From IMG/VR virus record IMGVR_UViG_2061766007_000271: 60,502 bases of DNA. The stretch is one strand, 5' to 3'. Below the pieces are notes generated by a model. That model was not told the origin of the DNA, did not search any database, and was given only the letters and a program-made list of their open reading frames with translations. The DNA is from an uncultured virus (IMG/VR IMGVR_UViG_2061766007_000271). Taxonomy: Duplodnaviria; Heunggongvirae; Uroviricota; Caudoviricetes. The first letter of the stretch is position 1; the number at the start of each line of letters is the position of its first letter. The position numbers and the translations under genes are program-made. Positions 57,751-60,502 of this stretch are shown here, in pieces.

Positions 57751-60099
57751 ATGAAAGAAATCGAAGCTGTCTATAAAATGAAAAAACCAGGAAAGTTCAT
57801 GTCCATGGTAATGACTACACTTACTGGAGAGGAATGCACTCCGACGACGCTCGGGGATTTTGAGCAACAGTACCCAAATGAATTCAAGCAGATGAAAAAA
57901 CTACTTGACATTGATTTCCCACGTGAAGTGAGAAACTACAATAACACATTCGGAGTTACTGGGAACCCCATTGACGAATTTGCAAAATATGTTTGGACAC
58001 GTGTTTCCGAAAACAAGGAAGACTTCGACCTTATGTTTGACAAGGGCTTGAACGGAATCGAAATCAAAAGGAACACGTTGCTTGCCATTCAGGTAGCCAC
58101 ATATCAAGTGATAGACCTGAAAGAAACATCACAGGACAATGGCATTAAGAATGCAGCCAAAGCTCTTTATACGAGTTTTGCCAACTGCTCCATATCATTT
58201 ACGGATTTTGCAGAAAAAGCCCATGCATTGAATGAAAGGGAAAACAAGAACAACAACAAGAATCTTGTTCCATCGGCGAATTCCCAGATGCAGGATGCAG
58301 ACCAGAGCTACAGACAGACTTCATCCAACGAAGTCGGTTGGGAAAAGCTGAAGAAGGACTGCCTGTACGACAGAAAATATGGATTTACCGTATATGAAAT
58401 AAATGATCAGGAAGACCTTGCTGCCGTGGCAGATGGCGAAGGTTGGTGCGTTGCACACAAGGGAAATTCAGGAAAAACCATGTTCTATGATTGCTACCAT
58501 GGCGGTCCTTATTTCCTGATATGCCTTGGAGATGAAAAGCCGTACATCCTGATGCATCCGAAATCGCATCAGTTCAAGACTCCTCACAACAGCAGTCCAT
58601 TCTCTGGACAAAACAAGGCTGACAGACCAAGCAGGGCGAAGATATTCGAGTATGCAAAGCAGATTCTTGAGGACACAAAAGGCAGAAGTGGCTGGGATGG
58701 ACAATATTCCGGTGATTTCGTCAAGCTTCAGAATCCAGAGGAACTTGAAGTGCTCGACTATGACTTCACCCAGATAATCGCCAATGCCAACTGCCCGAAA
58801 GACACGCTGGAGAAAGCGGTTCAAAGCACGGATGAAAACATTATCATAAATGTCGTGAAAAACGAGAAGATTCCATATGACAACCTTGTCAAACTGGCAG
58901 AATCCGTCAATCCGACAACGCAAATCGACATTCTGAACACAATAGCCATGAGCTCTCAACTGGATGACAATCTGGCGAATCTTCTGTTAAAGAAAAATCG
59001 CTACACCTCAATCAACATCGCAAAGAACGACAAGTGCTCCGTTGCGATAATGAAGAAAATCATCACTGGAAAATACGATCCAAGTGGAACTGCCATGATT
59101 GCCTTTCTTGGAAAACCGTATTGCACAGAGAAGATTCTTGAAAAGTACATCGAAAACAACAAGTTCTACCAAAATGAAGAGATGTACAGAAGTCTTTTGA
59201 CCAATCCCAAATTAACGCCAAAGATGATTCAGACTGTGATGGACAAGGTTGAAAAGATGCCAGAAGGCTCGACGAAGATAAACATACAGGCACTTTGCTA
59301 CAAGCATCCGAATCTTCCTGTTTCATATCTGAAGGAGTCAATATCTAAAGTCGACAGACTCAAGAAGGAATACGAGGAGATTCACAAGAACGAAGAGCAT
59401 CCTACGCCATTTAATCTGTCAGGCGAAGAGGAGAAGAACCTCGAAATGGTTCTGAGAAATCCAAAATGCTCACCTGACATGCTGGCTCAGGTGACAAACA
59501 TGTTCTTCAAGCAGGCTGACCAGGCAAGGATACTCGTGGCAGTCGCAGAGAATCCATCGACGCCGGAACGTTCGTTGCTGAAAATCGCAGAAAGAGTGAG
59601 GAAGAACATAGACCTTGCCGTTGCACTTGTCAACAACAGGAACTGCCCGTTCAATGCATTGATGGCTTCTGCCAAGGTGCTCGATGAGGCTCAGGACAAG
59701 AAAAAGGACAGAAGTGCTCTTCTCAACGCAATCATGAAGAACCAGTACTGTACTGATAAGCTCAAAGAGGAAGTATTGTACAGAAAGACATTCGAGAACA
59801 TACGGGACACCATCTTCCCTGAAGAACTGCTGTATCCTCTTGTCATTGACGAAGACATGGACATCGCCCATGTCGCAAGACAGCAACTGTTGAAAGTTCA
59901 TCACAAGACGGTGGACGAGAATGGAAACATCATAGACGAAAATGGGAACATTGTCTATAGGAACAAAGCTTCCAATGCATTGCCCGCTCAGGATGCGACA
60001 TCAGAAAAGACGTCATCAAAAAGGAACAAGTACAACAGAATCGTCGCCTCAGTCATTGAAAGTGAAATAGCATTGAGAATCACAAGAGAATTCTGCTGA
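57751..60099 (+). CDS. large protein with WCVA domain and LRV/HEAT-like repeats
   Basis: GWCVA...Y...GPY; repeats NPxxP..L..L. Confidence 0.75.
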   Translation: MKEIEAVYKMKKPGKFMSMVMTTLTGEECTPTTLGDFEQQYPNEFKQMKKLLDIDFPREVRNYNNTFGVTGNPIDEFAKYVWTRVSENKEDFDLMFDKGLNGIEIKRNTLLAIQVATYQVIDLKETSQDNGIKNAAKALYTSFANCSISFTDFAEKAHALNERENKNNNKNLVPSANSQMQDADQSYRQTSSNEVGWEKLKKDCLYDRKYGFTVYEINDQEDLAAVADGEGWCVAHKGNSGKTMFYDCYHGGPYFLICLGDEKPYILMHPKSHQFKTPHNSSPFSGQNKADRPSRAKIFEYAKQILEDTKGRSGWDGQYSGDFVKLQNPEELEVLDYDFTQIIANANCPKDTLEKAVQSTDENIIINVVKNEKIPYDNLVKLAESVNPTTQIDILNTIAMSSQLDDNLANLLLKKNRYTSINIAKNDKCSVAIMKKIITGKYDPSGTAMIAFLGKPYCTEKILEKYIENNKFYQNEEMYRSLLTNPKLTPKMIQTVMDKVEKMPEGSTKINIQALCYKHPNLPVSYLKESISKVDRLKKEYEEIHKNEEHPTPFNLSGEEEKNLEMVLRNPKCSPDMLAQVTNMFFKQADQARILVAVAENPSTPERSLLKIAERVRKNIDLAVALVNNRNCPFNALMASAKVLDEAQDKKKDRSALLNAIMKNQYCTDKLKEEVLYRKTFENIRDTIFPEELLYPLVIDEDMDIAHVARQQLLKVHHKTVDENGNIIDENGNIVYRNKASNALPAQDATSEKTSSKRNKYNRIVASVIESEIALRITREFC

Positions 60100-60134
60100 C
60101 GGAATTCAAACTATTTGTAGCATACAGGCAGGTC

Positions 60135-60497
60135 TTAAATACCTGCCTGTTTTTTATTTATGCTGTCAAGAAAATACGCATCATACATCATGCATTTCCT
60201 TGATATGGTTCCATTTCTCAATATTTCCTCATTATAATCTTTTGGAACAACCCCCTTGAATGAATGCCTGAAATCCTCTTTCGTGAATATGCGTCTTGCA
60301 ATCATTTCTCCATTTGCGACATCAATCTCGCATTCCGTCTTTCTTCCATAGTTTAAAATGTCTGCAGTGAATTTAAGGAAAAAATGAGATTTTTCTCCAT
60401 CAAAATACATGGTCATTCCATTAAAGGTGAATTTTCCATTCTCATGAATGGATGAATGCTGAAGGCATTCGTTGCAGATGTTGAAATCAAGTTCCAT
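60135..60497 (-). CDS. Cys-bracketed small protein (NICNEC...CMMY)
   Basis: family motif. Confidence 0.7.
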   Translation of the reverse strand: MELDFNICNECLQHSSIHENGKFTFNGMTMYFDGEKSHFFLKFTADILNYGRKTECEIDVANGEMIARRIFTKEDFRHSFKGVVPKDYNEEILRNGTISRKCMMYDAYFLDSINKKQAGI

Positions 60498-60502
60498 AAT
60501 TT

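Noticed and set aside
1..60502. tRNA or rRNA genes; DGR
   Set aside because: No cloverleaf, rRNA or reverse transcriptase recognised by eye; tRNAscan-SE not run.

Overview
This window looks like part of a large (jumbo-type) tailed-phage genome scaffold with several N gaps. Left part (1-35.6 kb): about 55 mostly short, acidic hypothetical genes, all on the minus strand, organised as about 40 self-contained expression cassettes. Each cassette is [intrinsic terminator of previous unit - ATTGAATA box - sigma70-type promoter - conserved 5' leader hairpin GCCGAGAGG...CCUC-AAU-UCGGC - SD - ORF]. I count 33 copies of a TTGAAA-N17-TATAAT promoter, 25 with the full leader hairpin, plus 9 copies of a TTGCAH-N16-TAYATT promoter. 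Embedded in or next to this array are three phage sigma70-family factors (two as a divergent paralog pair at the strand switch), an IS607 (tnpA/tnpB), a second TnpB element, an orphan minimised copy of that element's omega-RNA-like right end, and a promoter-driven ORF-less ~590-nt structured region (candidate ncRNA). Around 32.5-37.7 kb are several non-coding repeat arrays (possible origin/terminus). Right part (37.8-60.5 kb): proteins sharing an N-terminal 'MDxNIKIAKELIKIAKxLVA' peptide, a putative tail module (3 tube-like + 3 chaperone-like paralogs), a Cys-bracketed small-protein family, LysM-SleB hydrolase, fibre protein, 5'-3' exonuclease, ClpP-like protease and a u-spanin-like lipoprotein. 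No tRNA, rRNA or CRISPR array was recognised. All calls and counts are by eye; no database searches were run.
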